This document shows positions 47,212 to 56,081 of a DNA stretch of 64,000 bases, in pieces. The position numbers and the translations under genes are program-made. A model generated the notes under the pieces. That model was not told where the DNA came from and made no database searches. It saw nothing but the letters and a program-made list of their open reading frames with translations. The stretch spans positions 1 to 64,000 of the IMG/VR virus record IMGVR_UViG_3300045454_000060. One strand, written 5' to 3'. Within the stretch, counting starts at the first letter, position 1. Each line of letters starts with the position of its first letter. Source of the DNA: a virus.

Positions 47212-48210
47212 TTATGACAAATCTTGGGCCTGGGTGATCAGCCGGAAGCCCTGCATCTGGGTGCGCGGCACCGCCGCTGGCGACGGCTTCAGCGTCAGCC
47301 CGTATGAGCCGCACTCGATCTGCGCGTCGGGATAGACCGCCAGCACGTCCGGCAGCACCTGACGGATGCGCTGCGCCAGGGACGAGACACGCGCATCGCC
47401 GGCGCCGAGCTGGGCGCGCAGCGTGCCCCAGCGGAGATGCAGCGGCGTGGTGAGGCGTGGCAGCCGGTAGGCGAACAGGGCGTAGAGATCGAGCCCCAGC
47501 GAGTTGTCGGCCAGGTAGGCGATTGCACGTCGATCCAGCGGCACGGCGTGCTCGCGCAGATGCGCGTGGAATCGATCGGAGAGCTCCACCGTCTGTGCCC
47601 AACGCCCCTCGCCGCGTTCGGTCCAGAGCTCGAGCCCCTCGACAATGCGGCTCTCCTGGACGAGCGTTCGCGTCTCTCCGTTCGCACCTGCAGCATCCCA
47701 TTGCAGCGTGAACGAGCACCGCGCGATTCGCAGCGCCTGCTGCCGCACGGCCTGGATCGAGCCTCGCGCCCCGCCGGTGACCGGCAGTCCGAGCGAGCGA
47801 ATCCAGGCGCTCATGGAGGGTCCGAGCTGGACGATCTTGTCCTTCAGGCCCTCGGTCTGGAGATAGATCAGGATCAGGCGTGCCTTGGGGCCGTAGGGCA
47901 CGCCGACGCGCACCGCCTTCCCCTCCTCCACGATCGCCCCGGGGCTGACCAGCAGATGGAACCGTCCCGCACTGCGCTGCCAGATGGCGTTGTCGTTCGG
48001 CGGGCGGCTGTGCGGCAGGAAGGTCTGGCAGAGCCCGGAATGCAGAAAGGCGAGCTCCTCGGCATTCGGCAGATCGGACAGGATCTCGTGCGCGACCTCG
48101 ATTCGCTGGCGAAGTTGACGCTGCTTCGTCGGGCTCGGTTCGGCCGCGACGGCGTTCAGGCTCGCTTCGAGACCAATCAGCTCGAGCTGGCTTCGCTGTG
48201 TGCGACTCAT
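47212..48210 (-). CDS. repA: Plasmid replication initiator RepA (RepA_C family)
   Basis: FLHSGLCQTFLPH and GVPYGPKARLILIYL motifs; adjacent iteron array. Confidence 0.88.
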   Translation of the reverse strand: MSRTQRSQLELIGLEASLNAVAAEPSPTKQRQLRQRIEVAHEILSDLPNAEELAFLHSGLCQTFLPHSRPPNDNAIWQRSAGRFHLLVSPGAIVEEGKAVRVGVPYGPKARLILIYLQTEGLKDKIVQLGPSMSAWIRSLGLPVTGGARGSIQAVRQQALRIARCSFTLQWDAAGANGETRTLVQESRIVEGLELWTERGEGRWAQTVELSDRFHAHLREHAVPLDRRAIAYLADNSLGLDLYALFAYRLPRLTTPLHLRWGTLRAQLGAGDARVSSLAQRIRQVLPDVLAVYPDAQIECGSYGLTLKPSPAAVPRTQMQGFRLITQAQDLS

Positions 48211-48254
48211 GGGCACCTCCGCCGACGCTGATACAGGATTCGGCGACGGGGGCT

Positions 48255-48550
48255 ACGCTGAATCGCCTACCTTTCGGCGTTGAGCCACAAGATTTTGTGT
48301 CCCCTGCCCTTCCTGAATGCCGGATGTGAGGGTCGCGCGGTTGCTCACGAACCCGTGACGCTGAATCGCCTACCCTGCGCCGCCTATAGGAGAAAGGTAT
48401 AGGTTTTATATAGGGTTGGGTTGGCGATTCAGCGTGGATAACGCGAGTCGCGGTCGGCGATTCAGCGTGCGACTCGGCCGTGCCCGGTAGGCGATTCAGC
48501 GTAGCTCGGTCGGCGATTCAGCGTGGATAACTCGCCGATGCTGTGGATAA
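48255..48550. promoter_or_regulatory. Plasmid origin: six 13-bp iterons, an AT-rich spacer and DnaA boxes
   Basis: ACGCTGAATCGCC at 48255 and 48358; inverted copies at 48423, 48456, 48490 and 48512; TGTGGATAA at 48542 and CGTGGATAA at 48433 and 48522. Confidence 0.88.
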
Positions 48551-48551
48551 C

Positions 48552-48935
48552 TCAGAACCCCAGATGGCGCAGATATCGGTCAAGCGCCTCCTCGACGATG
48601 GCCTGCTTTTCGCGCCGCGCGTGGAACGCGGCCTGGCGCAGACGCTCCTGCAGGCTCGCGGGCAGACGCACCGAGACGGTGATGCGGGGTTCGATCGGTG
48701 CCGGGTCGGGCGCTGCCGCGCGTGCCCCCTCCCCCCCGCGCGCCCTGGATGTGGGGTTGTGGGGCTCGTAGAGTGCCTCTGGTGCGTCCGCGCGGGTTGT
48801 CCCCTCCCCTCCCCCATCGTGTTCCAGCAGCACTCTGGGCGCTTCCTGGGGCAGTGCTGGCACGGGAACCGCAGCGCCCTTGGTGGCGCGCGGGATGGCG
48901 AGATCCTCGAGGGTCGGTCGCTTGCTGGCGCTCAT
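48552..48935 (-). CDS. RHH partition adaptor (ParG/CopG-like)
   Basis: ITVSVRLPASLQERLRQAAFHARREKQAIVEEAL; coupled to parA. Confidence 0.8.
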   Translation of the reverse strand: MSASKRPTLEDLAIPRATKGAAVPVPALPQEAPRVLLEHDGGGEGTTRADAPEALYEPHNPTSRARGGEGARAAAPDPAPIEPRITVSVRLPASLQERLRQAAFHARREKQAIVEEALDRYLRHLGF

Positions 48936-49603
48936 GCCGGCACCTTCCTGTTGACGAGCTGGCTGGCTGGCAAGCTGGCGGGCTTGCCGTTCAGACGGTT
49001 GCTCAGATAGCGCCACAGCTCGGCGAACTCCCGTGCCGGCGTGCCCTTCGGGTCGATTTCGACCGCGGTGCGACCGTCGATCCCGCTCTCGCGGATCTTC
49101 GTGCTGAGCGAGATGATCGCTGGGGCGACCGTGCCGTGCTGGCTGAGCTTGATCGCGGTCTGTGCGGTCAGCCTGGCGCGCCGATTGGCGCCGTTGATGA
49201 TGAACACCACGGGTTTGCCTTCGCTCTCCACCAGGTCGATCGTGCCGCCGACCGCCCGCAGGTCGTCCGGTGAGGGCAGTGTTGGCACCAGCACCAGGTC
49301 GGCCAGGTGGATCATCGCGCGCACCAGCTCCGAGGCTTGCGGCGGCGTGTCGATCATGGCGTAGCGGTAGCCGCTCTGGCGCAGGCGGGCCAGGATCGCG
49401 GGCATCTCGGCGAGGCTGGACTGCACGAAATCCGGCCGCTCCTCCGCCCTGGCGTTCCACCACTGCGACAGCCCGCCCATCTCGTCGGCGTCGATCAGGG
49501 CGACCGGCCCCTCCCCTGCCCTCTCCGCCTCGACCGCCAGATGGCGCACCACGGTCGTCTTGCCCGCGCCACCCTTGCGGCAGGCCACCACGATGGTCTT
49601 CAT
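48932..49603 (-). CDS. parA: ParA partition ATPase (type Ib)
   Basis: KGGAGKTT deviant Walker A and IDTPP; no N-terminal HTH. Confidence 0.92.
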   Translation of the reverse strand: MKTIVVACRKGGAGKTTVVRHLAVEAERAGEGPVALIDADEMGGLSQWWNARAEERPDFVQSSLAEMPAILARLRQSGYRYAMIDTPPQASELVRAMIHLADLVLVPTLPSPDDLRAVGGTIDLVESEGKPVVFIINGANRRARLTAQTAIKLSQHGTVAPAIISLSTKIRESGIDGRTAVEIDPKGTPAREFAELWRYLSNRLNGKPASLPASQLVNRKVPA

Positions 49604-49629
49604 CTGCGACTCCGTGTGCGACTCCGTGC

Positions 49630-50065
49630 CAACCGGCAGGCAACCTGGCATGCCGCGCGGCTGGCAGGCAAGTCGAGTGCGCGGCTGGCAGGCTGGTCAG
49701 CGGGACGGATGGGCGAGGGGGCAGCTTGCGGGCCGTTCGGCTTGGCGCGTGGCTGGCTGGCGGGAAAGCGGACTGCGCGGCGAGAGGGCCAGCAGGCGGG
49801 CTTAAAGGCGGACGGGCTGACGGACAAGCTGGAAGGCGGGCAGGCCGGCTGACGGGTGGGGTGACCAGTCAGCGGGCGGGCGGGCTGTTTGGCAGGCAGG
49901 TGGCACGGCCTGCTGTCAAGTCTGCCGTCAAGCCGGGCGTCAAGCCGGACGGCAAGCAGAGCAGTGGTGTGGCTGGCGGGCTGCGCGCCTGGGCAGCGGC
50001 GTTGCTGTCTGAGCGGTCATGTTGGAAGCTTGCTAGTCAGCATGCTTGCTGGCAGAGCAGCAAAC
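49630..50065. repeat. Degenerate GGCTGGC/GGCAGGC/GGCAAG repeat field; candidate centromere
   Basis: Dense short repeats upstream of parA and again at ~48957-48990. Confidence 0.55.
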
Positions 50066-50116
50066 AAGAAGGGCCGCTCGCGATGGAGCGGCCCTCTCGG
50101 CGGCGCGGCAGCAGGA

Positions 50117-50551
50117 TCAATGCGCGCTCTTGCCCCGACGCTTGGCGAGCGGCTTCAGCGCGTCCTCGACCACCTCGTCGAAGGGCGGCAGGCTCTCCGG
50201 GAACATCGTGCGGAGCCCGGTCAGCCACTCCCGCTCGACCTTCGAGACGGTCGGGTCCATGTATTCGTCCAGCACGCGCAGGATCTCCGGCGCATACTCG
50301 CTCATCCAGAGCCGCAGCATGGCGGTGGGGTCCGCCTCGAGCGCCTGGGCGAGCGCGGGCACCTTGTCGAGCGGCACGCGGGTCACGCCGGTCTTGAACA
50401 TGGAGATGATGTTGGCGCGCTCGTAGCCGAGCGCTTCGGCGATCTCGCGCTGCGTCATGCCGCGCGCATTCGCCTCCACAAGCAGTCGCTCCAGGTGTCG
50501 CACGAACTTCGCACCCAGTCGTCGCGCCTTCGTTGCCTGGGTCATGTCCAT
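50117..50551 (-). CDS. XRE-family HTH repressor
   Basis: MTQREIAEALGYERANIISMFKTG..RVPLDKVPALAQAL; divergent from the replication operon. Confidence 0.85.
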   Translation of the reverse strand: MDMTQATKARRLGAKFVRHLERLLVEANARGMTQREIAEALGYERANIISMFKTGVTRVPLDKVPALAQALEADPTAMLRLWMSEYAPEILRVLDEYMDPTVSKVEREWLTGLRTMFPESLPPFDEVVEDALKPLAKRRGKSAH

Positions 50552-50584
50552 CCTTTGCACCCCCTCCTTGGGGTGATCAGCCCT

Positions 50585-50800
50585 CACTGACCACCCTCAC
50601 CCACGTCCCCGTGACGCGGATTTCACTTATGACTTACTTAATAGATAGTGATTAGTCAGTGTCAACGGATATTTGTGCGTGGGCGCGTGTCATTTTTTAA
50701 TACCATGGTAGTTATCTAGACTCTGATCATTGGTGTCACAAAAACTCTGGAATCGCGTTGCGCCCCCCGAGTGCCTACGCTAAGTAAGCGCTAACGTGGG
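50585..50800. promoter_or_regulatory. Divergent immunity/control region with clustered operator-like motifs
   Basis: AT-rich; TCACTTATGACTTACTTA at 50623 and TAAGTAAGCGCTAAC at 50781. Confidence 0.65.
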
Positions 50801-50864
50801 CACTCGGTCGGGCGCTGCGCGTGGGTTGCGTTTTGATGTTCATCCTGTAACGAAGGAGCAAGCG

Positions 50865-51122
50865 GTGCGCGTGGATGCGGTGAATCTGGATGAGGCGGCT
50901 CTTTTGGTCGATGAGCTGTCAAAGAACGGCGACGCGAAGATGGTGGATCTCGGCGATTTTGCCGTCACCACATGGGTGGACGAGGGTCAGATTCGAGCCG
51001 TTCTGGTGCAGGGGGTTCTGGCCGGGGTCAGTCTGCTGGTGCAGCAGGTGGGGCGGACTCTGGTGGACGTGGATGCGTTTCTCGCGAAGGAGTCGGCCGT
51101 TCAGCTCGAAGCTGCCGGCTGA
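50865..51122 (+). CDS. Hypothetical protein
   Basis: AAGGAG RBS before a GTG start. Confidence 0.55.
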   Translation: MRVDAVNLDEAALLVDELSKNGDAKMVDLGDFAVTTWVDEGQIRAVLVQGVLAGVSLLVQQVGRTLVDVDAFLAKESAVQLEAAG

Positions 51123-51233
51123 GCTGATCGTTCGGGCGGCATCGCCGGAACAAAGTCGAGGCGGGCGACTTGTCGCCCGCTTCTGCTTTTGCGAGTATGC
51201 GTCTGTCAGCACTGAGGTAGGAGGGGCAAGGGA

Positions 51234-53588
51234 ATGAGCAGGGCGGGATTGTCGAGGGTCGCTGAGTTCCGTGCCACCGTCGATAAGGTGGTGACGATGT
51301 TGATCGAGCGTGGCCTGAAAGTCACGCAGCAGGGCATTGATGCCAAGGTGCTCTACGACCAGGACGGGATGCCGATCTTGGTCAATCTGCCCCAGATCCC
51401 GGATGACGCCGACGAGGCCTTCATCTCGGCGATGCGGGGCTTCATCGACCATGAATGCGCGCATGTGCTGGAGACTGACGGCCCCGTGATGGTGGCGGCC
51501 GTGCGCAAGAACCCAAAGATCAGGAACCTGCTGAACGTCATCGAGGACGTGCGAATCGAGCGCGCCATGCGCCGGCGCTTCCCGGGCTCGGCGGGGCATC
51601 TCGAGGATCTCTGGGGTTTCGTGTCCGAGCGCAGCATCCTGCCGGCCGCGCAGAAGGCGGCGAACGAGCGCGAGCTGTTCGGCGCGCTGCTTCCGACCAT
51701 CCTGCATGCCTGGTCGGGCAAGCGCGCCTCCCAGGAGCTGATGGACAAGCATCATCTCTGGCCGGCGGTCGAGAAGCTGACCAGGGTTCTCGAGCCGTTG
51801 CGCGAGGGGCTGGCGGACGGGGCGCTGAAGTCGAGCGAGGATGCGATCCTGCTCGCCGAGCGCATGCTGAAGGCGCTGCAGGAGGCCGAGCAGCCGGAGA
51901 AGCCCAAGCCGCCGCCCATGCAGGAGGGTGACGAGGGTGAGAAGGACGAGGGTCAGTCTGGCGAGCCCGACGATTCGGGCGATCGGTCGGAGCCGTCCGA
52001 GGGGGAGGGGGCTGCCGGCTCGGAGGGTTCCGAGAACGAGGGCGCGGGAGAGGACGAGCGTTCTCAGGACGAGCGTTCTCAGGACGAGCGTTCTCAGGAC
52101 GAGCGTTCTCAGGACGAGCGTTCTCAGGACGAGGGCGACGAGCAGGATCGGGGTTCCGAGGACGAGGGTGAGGGTTCCGAGGACGAGGGTGAGGGTTCCG
52201 AGGACGAGGGTGAGGGTTCCGAGGACGAGGGTGAGGGTTCCGAGGGCGAGGCTTCCAGGGAGAATGACCAGCGTTCCGAGGGCGCGGGAGAGGACGAGCG
52301 TTCTCAGGACGAGGGCGACGAGCAGGACGAGCAGGATCGGGGTTCCGGTGACGACGGCGATGGCCAGGGCGCTGAGGGTGACGATCGGGGTCAGGACGAC
52401 AGCTCCGACAGCTCCGAGGGGCTCGGGGGTGGCGAGTCCGATCCTGCCGAGGAAGCTCGGGAAGGTGAGGGGGATTCCTCCGATGATCCCGCGGGGGAGT
52501 CGGCTGTTGAAGGTGCGTTGATCGACAGCACCGACTTCCTGGATGAGATGCGCCAGCTCGAGGATCACGCGGTGGAGGCGCTGCGCAAGGGCGTGCTGCA
52601 TGCCCTGACCGACGCGGCCTACATCCCCTACACCACCGATTGGGACACCTGGGTGACGCTCAACCCACATCCGGGCACGGAATCGGCGGTTGAGCGCGAG
52701 GCTGCCAAGATGGACGAGCAGACCCGGGCAATGGTCGGTCAGCTCGCCAATCAGTTCCGGCGTCTGTTCGCGCAGAAGGAGATCTCGGTTCCGATTGGCG
52801 GGCTGCGTGCCGGGCGGCTGCATGCGCCAGCGTTGCATCGCCTGATGGCGGGCGACGATCGCGTGTTCTTCCGCCGCGAGGAGCACAATGCGACCGACAC
52901 CGCCGTGACGCTGCTGGTTGATTGCTCCGGCTCGATGAACGGGCACGGCAAGATGGATCTGGCGCTGATCGCCGCCAATGCCTTTTCGCAGACGCTGGAT
53001 CTGGTGCGGATCGCGCATTCCGTGTGCGGCTTCACCACGCGCTCCGACATGGATGACCATTACATTGGCATGTTCCATCCCAGGTCGCGCAAGACGCCGC
53101 TTCTCACCGACAAGGTGAGGGAGGAGATCGGCGCTCAGCAGGACAAGATGGGTCGGCAGTTCAGTCGGATCGAGCCGATCGCCATGCTGCGATTCAAGGG
53201 CTTCGAGGAGAGCTACCGCGTGGCGCGACCGCGTTTCGCGGCGATGCGCCAGTCGCTCGGGGATCATCGCGCCTACCCGATGGTCTCGAATGTCGATGGC
53301 GAAAGCGTCCAGTATGCCGCCAGGGAGCTGCTGGTGCGGCGCGAAAAGCGCAAGGTGATGATCGTCTTCTCCGACGGCTACCCGGCGGCGATGGCGCAGG
53401 CCAGTCACCTGCAGTCGCACCTCGTCGAGACCGTGAAGCGGCTCGAGAAGGCGGGTGTCGAGATGCTGGGTATCGGTATCCTGTCGGATGCGGTGCGACG
53501 CTACTACAGCAAGCATGTGGTGCTGACGAATGCCGCGGAGCTGCCGACCACGACCATGCGCGAGCTGACCAGGATGCTTCTGCGCTGA
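51234..53588 (+). CDS. CobT-like VWA protein with an N-terminal HExxH region and an acidic repeat linker
   Basis: DHECAH, NVIEDVRIE, DCSGSM MIDAS and FSDG.P motifs. Confidence 0.88.
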   Translation: MSRAGLSRVAEFRATVDKVVTMLIERGLKVTQQGIDAKVLYDQDGMPILVNLPQIPDDADEAFISAMRGFIDHECAHVLETDGPVMVAAVRKNPKIRNLLNVIEDVRIERAMRRRFPGSAGHLEDLWGFVSERSILPAAQKAANERELFGALLPTILHAWSGKRASQELMDKHHLWPAVEKLTRVLEPLREGLADGALKSSEDAILLAERMLKALQEAEQPEKPKPPPMQEGDEGEKDEGQSGEPDDSGDRSEPSEGEGAAGSEGSENEGAGEDERSQDERSQDERSQDERSQDERSQDEGDEQDRGSEDEGEGSEDEGEGSEDEGEGSEDEGEGSEGEASRENDQRSEGAGEDERSQDEGDEQDEQDRGSGDDGDGQGAEGDDRGQDDSSDSSEGLGGGESDPAEEAREGEGDSSDDPAGESAVEGALIDSTDFLDEMRQLEDHAVEALRKGVLHALTDAAYIPYTTDWDTWVTLNPHPGTESAVEREAAKMDEQTRAMVGQLANQFRRLFAQKEISVPIGGLRAGRLHAPALHRLMAGDDRVFFRREEHNATDTAVTLLVDCSGSMNGHGKMDLALIAANAFSQTLDLVRIAHSVCGFTTRSDMDDHYIGMFHPRSRKTPLLTDKVREEIGAQQDKMGRQFSRIEPIAMLRFKGFEESYRVARPRFAAMRQSLGDHRAYPMVSNVDGESVQYAARELLVRREKRKVMIVFSDGYPAAMAQASHLQSHLVETVKRLEKAGVEMLGIGILSDAVRRYYSKHVVLTNAAELPTTTMRELTRMLLR
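52053..52244 (+). repeat. In-frame VNTRs: 5x15 bp (DERSQ) and 4x21 bp (GSEDEGE)
   Basis: GACGAGCGTTCTCAG x5 at 52053-52127; GGGTTCCGAGGACGAGGGTGA x4 at 52151-52234. Confidence 0.92.
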
Positions 53589-53686
53589 CCGGAAAAGTTC
53601 AGTCACGGATGACTTGCGTTCGCGCGCGGGATGCAGCATAAGCATCTTGCGCACGGGGCGCGGGATACGAGGGAAAGGAGGGGCAT

Positions 53687-54862
53687 GTGAGCGACCACGA
53701 CGATCACGATCATGGCGACGGAAAGATCGCGTGCGCGATCTGCGGCGAGCGGGTGCACGTGATGAAGCTGCATCTGCAGGAGGCGCACCCCAAGGTCACG
53801 CTCGAGGCCTACAAGGTCAAGTTCCCCGATGCGCCGGTGCTGTCGCCGACGGCGCTTGCCAAGCTCGAGGAGGCCCGTCGCAAGACGGCCTCCGCTCCCG
53901 CACCCACCGGCATCCCGACCGACATCGAGACCGGGCAGGGGGCTCTCCACGAGGTGTTCCGGCTCGGCACCGTGAAGGCGGCGATGAACGCGCGCACCGG
54001 CGCGCCGCTTCCGATCACGGTCTATCGCGCGCCGCCGGCGCTGCGCCACTTCGTTCCCGAGGTGGACCCCGCCTACATCTTTCCGATCGACCTGCTCAAG
54101 ACCGGCGTGATGGCGCTGGAGATGCGCATGCCCGCGTTGTTCTGGGGGCACGCGGGCACCGGCAAGTCCTCCATGTGGGAACAGATCCACGCCAATATCG
54201 GCAAGCCGATCATCCGCATCCAGCACACGCGCAACACGGAGGAAAGCCACGTGGTCGGGCAGTGGGTGGTGCGGGACGGCCGCACCGTGTTCGAGCTCGG
54301 CCCGCTCGCCTTCGCCATGAAGTTCGGGCTGACCTATCTCGCCGACGAATACGACTTCGCCATGCCGTCCGTGCTCTCGGTCTACCAGCCGGTGATGGAA
54401 GGCAAGCCGATGGTGATCAAGGAGGCCGACGAGGCCAATCGGATCATTCGCCCGCATCCGCTGTTCCGCTTCGTCGCCACCGGCAACACCAACGGGACGG
54501 GCGACGAGACCGGGCTCTACCAGGGCACGCTCTTGCAGAACGCCGCCAACTACGAACGCTTCGCGGTCGTCGAGGAGGTGCGCTACATGGATCGCAAGAC
54601 CGAGACCCAGGTGGTGGCGGCGCAGGCGCAGCTCTCGAAGGAGATCGCCGAGAAGCTGGTCAACTTCGCCAATCAGTGCCGCGAAGCCTATGCGCAGCAG
54701 AAGCTCGGCGTGCCGCCCAGCCCGCGCGCGATGATCCATGCCGGCATCATCGGCCGGCTGCGGGGTGACATGACGGCGGGGTTGCGTCTCGCCTACATCA
54801 ATCGCCTGCCGCGTGTCGATCAGGAGGCGGCGAACGAAGTGCTGCGGCGCATCGTGTTTTGA
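53687..54862 (+). CDS. CobS/MoxR-like AAA+ ATPase
   Basis: N-terminal CxxC..H Zn motif, GHAGTGKS, LADEYD and ATGNT motifs. Confidence 0.9.
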   Translation: MSDHDDHDHGDGKIACAICGERVHVMKLHLQEAHPKVTLEAYKVKFPDAPVLSPTALAKLEEARRKTASAPAPTGIPTDIETGQGALHEVFRLGTVKAAMNARTGAPLPITVYRAPPALRHFVPEVDPAYIFPIDLLKTGVMALEMRMPALFWGHAGTGKSSMWEQIHANIGKPIIRIQHTRNTEESHVVGQWVVRDGRTVFELGPLAFAMKFGLTYLADEYDFAMPSVLSVYQPVMEGKPMVIKEADEANRIIRPHPLFRFVATGNTNGTGDETGLYQGTLLQNAANYERFAVVEEVRYMDRKTETQVVAAQAQLSKEIAEKLVNFANQCREAYAQQKLGVPPSPRAMIHAGIIGRLRGDMTAGLRLAYINRLPRVDQEAANEVLRRIVF

Positions 54863-54867
54863 GACCG

Positions 54868-55512
54868 ATGCAACAGTCATCGGTGAGCGATTGTGCGATC
54901 AGATTCGAGGACTACGAGAAGCTGACGCACTGGTTGAGCCGGCGTCTGGTCGCGCGCGGGCAGGGTGAGGGAGTCGCCTTGCCATATGGGGACGTGTTCC
55001 AGGAGCTCGTCCTCGTATGGCTGCGCTGCAGGGACGGTTTCGATCAGGCGGTCGGGGTCAAGTTCTCGACCTATTACGTGCGCGCGGCTGTGTGGGAATA
55101 CCGCAACATCAAGCGGGCCCTGGCGGGGCAGTATGCACGACACATGGTCAGCCTGAGCGACCAGGTCGGTGGGGCGGGCGAGGAGTCGCTCGATTGGATC
55201 GACGTCATCCCGGATCTGTCCGCCGAGAACCCGGAAGCTCAGGTCGCGCTGGCCCAGAGTGTCGAGCAGGAGATGGCGATCAATCCCGCGTTGCACCGCC
55301 TGACGGAATTGGCTGCCAATCCGCCGCCCGAGCTCGCGCGGGAGCTGGAGGCGCTCGCGGCCCAGGCGGCGTGGGCGAAGCATCTTGGGGTTGTGCAGCC
55401 CGAGACGATGCCGACCGCGCTCACGCCGATGATGCTGCGTCGGCTGTTCCGGCTGAACTGGCGGCAAAGGAAGCTTTCTCTGCCGCGTGCCGAGGCGTTT
55501 TCTGGAGCGTGA
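54868..55512 (+). CDS. Sigma70 region-2-like protein
   Basis: DVFQELVLVWLRCRDGFD...VKFSTY motif. Confidence 0.6.
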   Translation: MQQSSVSDCAIRFEDYEKLTHWLSRRLVARGQGEGVALPYGDVFQELVLVWLRCRDGFDQAVGVKFSTYYVRAAVWEYRNIKRALAGQYARHMVSLSDQVGGAGEESLDWIDVIPDLSAENPEAQVALAQSVEQEMAINPALHRLTELAANPPPELARELEALAAQAAWAKHLGVVQPETMPTALTPMMLRRLFRLNWRQRKLSLPRAEAFSGA

Positions 55513-55513
55513 C

Positions 55514-56080
55514 ATGATCCACGATGAGGCGTTCCGTCCTGGTTGCTTCGGCAGCCCGCTGTGCCATGGGGATTCGCGGCTGCCCTGCACGGTTTGCCCG
55601 CATTCCAAGTCCTGCGGTGAGGAGGCCGAGCGTCGTGCCGAGGCGCTGCGCGTGAAGTTCGGTCTTGATGCGTTGCGTGCCAAGCCGACGCGCTCGGCGC
55701 GCGTGATGCGGGTGGCGGGGTCGCGCGAGTCCGCTGCGGCACCAGGCCAGCCGCCTGCGGCGAGTCTCGATCTGCCCAAGAAGTCGCTTGAGCTCAAGGC
55801 GCGGCTGGAAGGCAAGGGGATCGACCTCCTGCGTGCGGCGCGCCGGCGCGCCAACCCGTTCGAGCCCGATCGGCCGCCGGCGTTCATGCGCATCCTGTTC
55901 CGGATGCTGCTCGAGGGCTCGCTGACGCGCGGCGGCGCAAGTGCCGCCCTGCAGCGCGAGCTCGGCTGGTCGAAGGCGAGCGCGGACAGTCACGTGGCCC
56001 TTGCCATGCCGCTGCTGCTGGCGAGCGGGGCGGGGGTTGCCCTGCCGGACGGACGGATTCGTCCCTGCGAGGAGTGCTGA
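55514..56080 (+). CDS. Hypothetical protein with an N-terminal Cys cluster
   Basis: PGCFGS...CTVCP...C. Confidence 0.7.
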   Translation: MIHDEAFRPGCFGSPLCHGDSRLPCTVCPHSKSCGEEAERRAEALRVKFGLDALRAKPTRSARVMRVAGSRESAAAPGQPPAASLDLPKKSLELKARLEGKGIDLLRAARRRANPFEPDRPPAFMRILFRMLLEGSLTRGGASAALQRELGWSKASADSHVALAMPLLLASGAGVALPDGRIRPCEEC

Positions 56081-56081
56081 G

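Noticed and set aside
49270-50397. 375-aa plus-strand ORF across the parA upstream region
   Set aside because: It arises from GGCTGGC-type repeats and overlaps parA and the repressor antisense.
51234-54862. cobT/cobS as cobalamin auxiliary metabolic genes
   Set aside because: There is no cobN or other cob gene; this is a generic phage VWA plus MoxR AAA+ pair.
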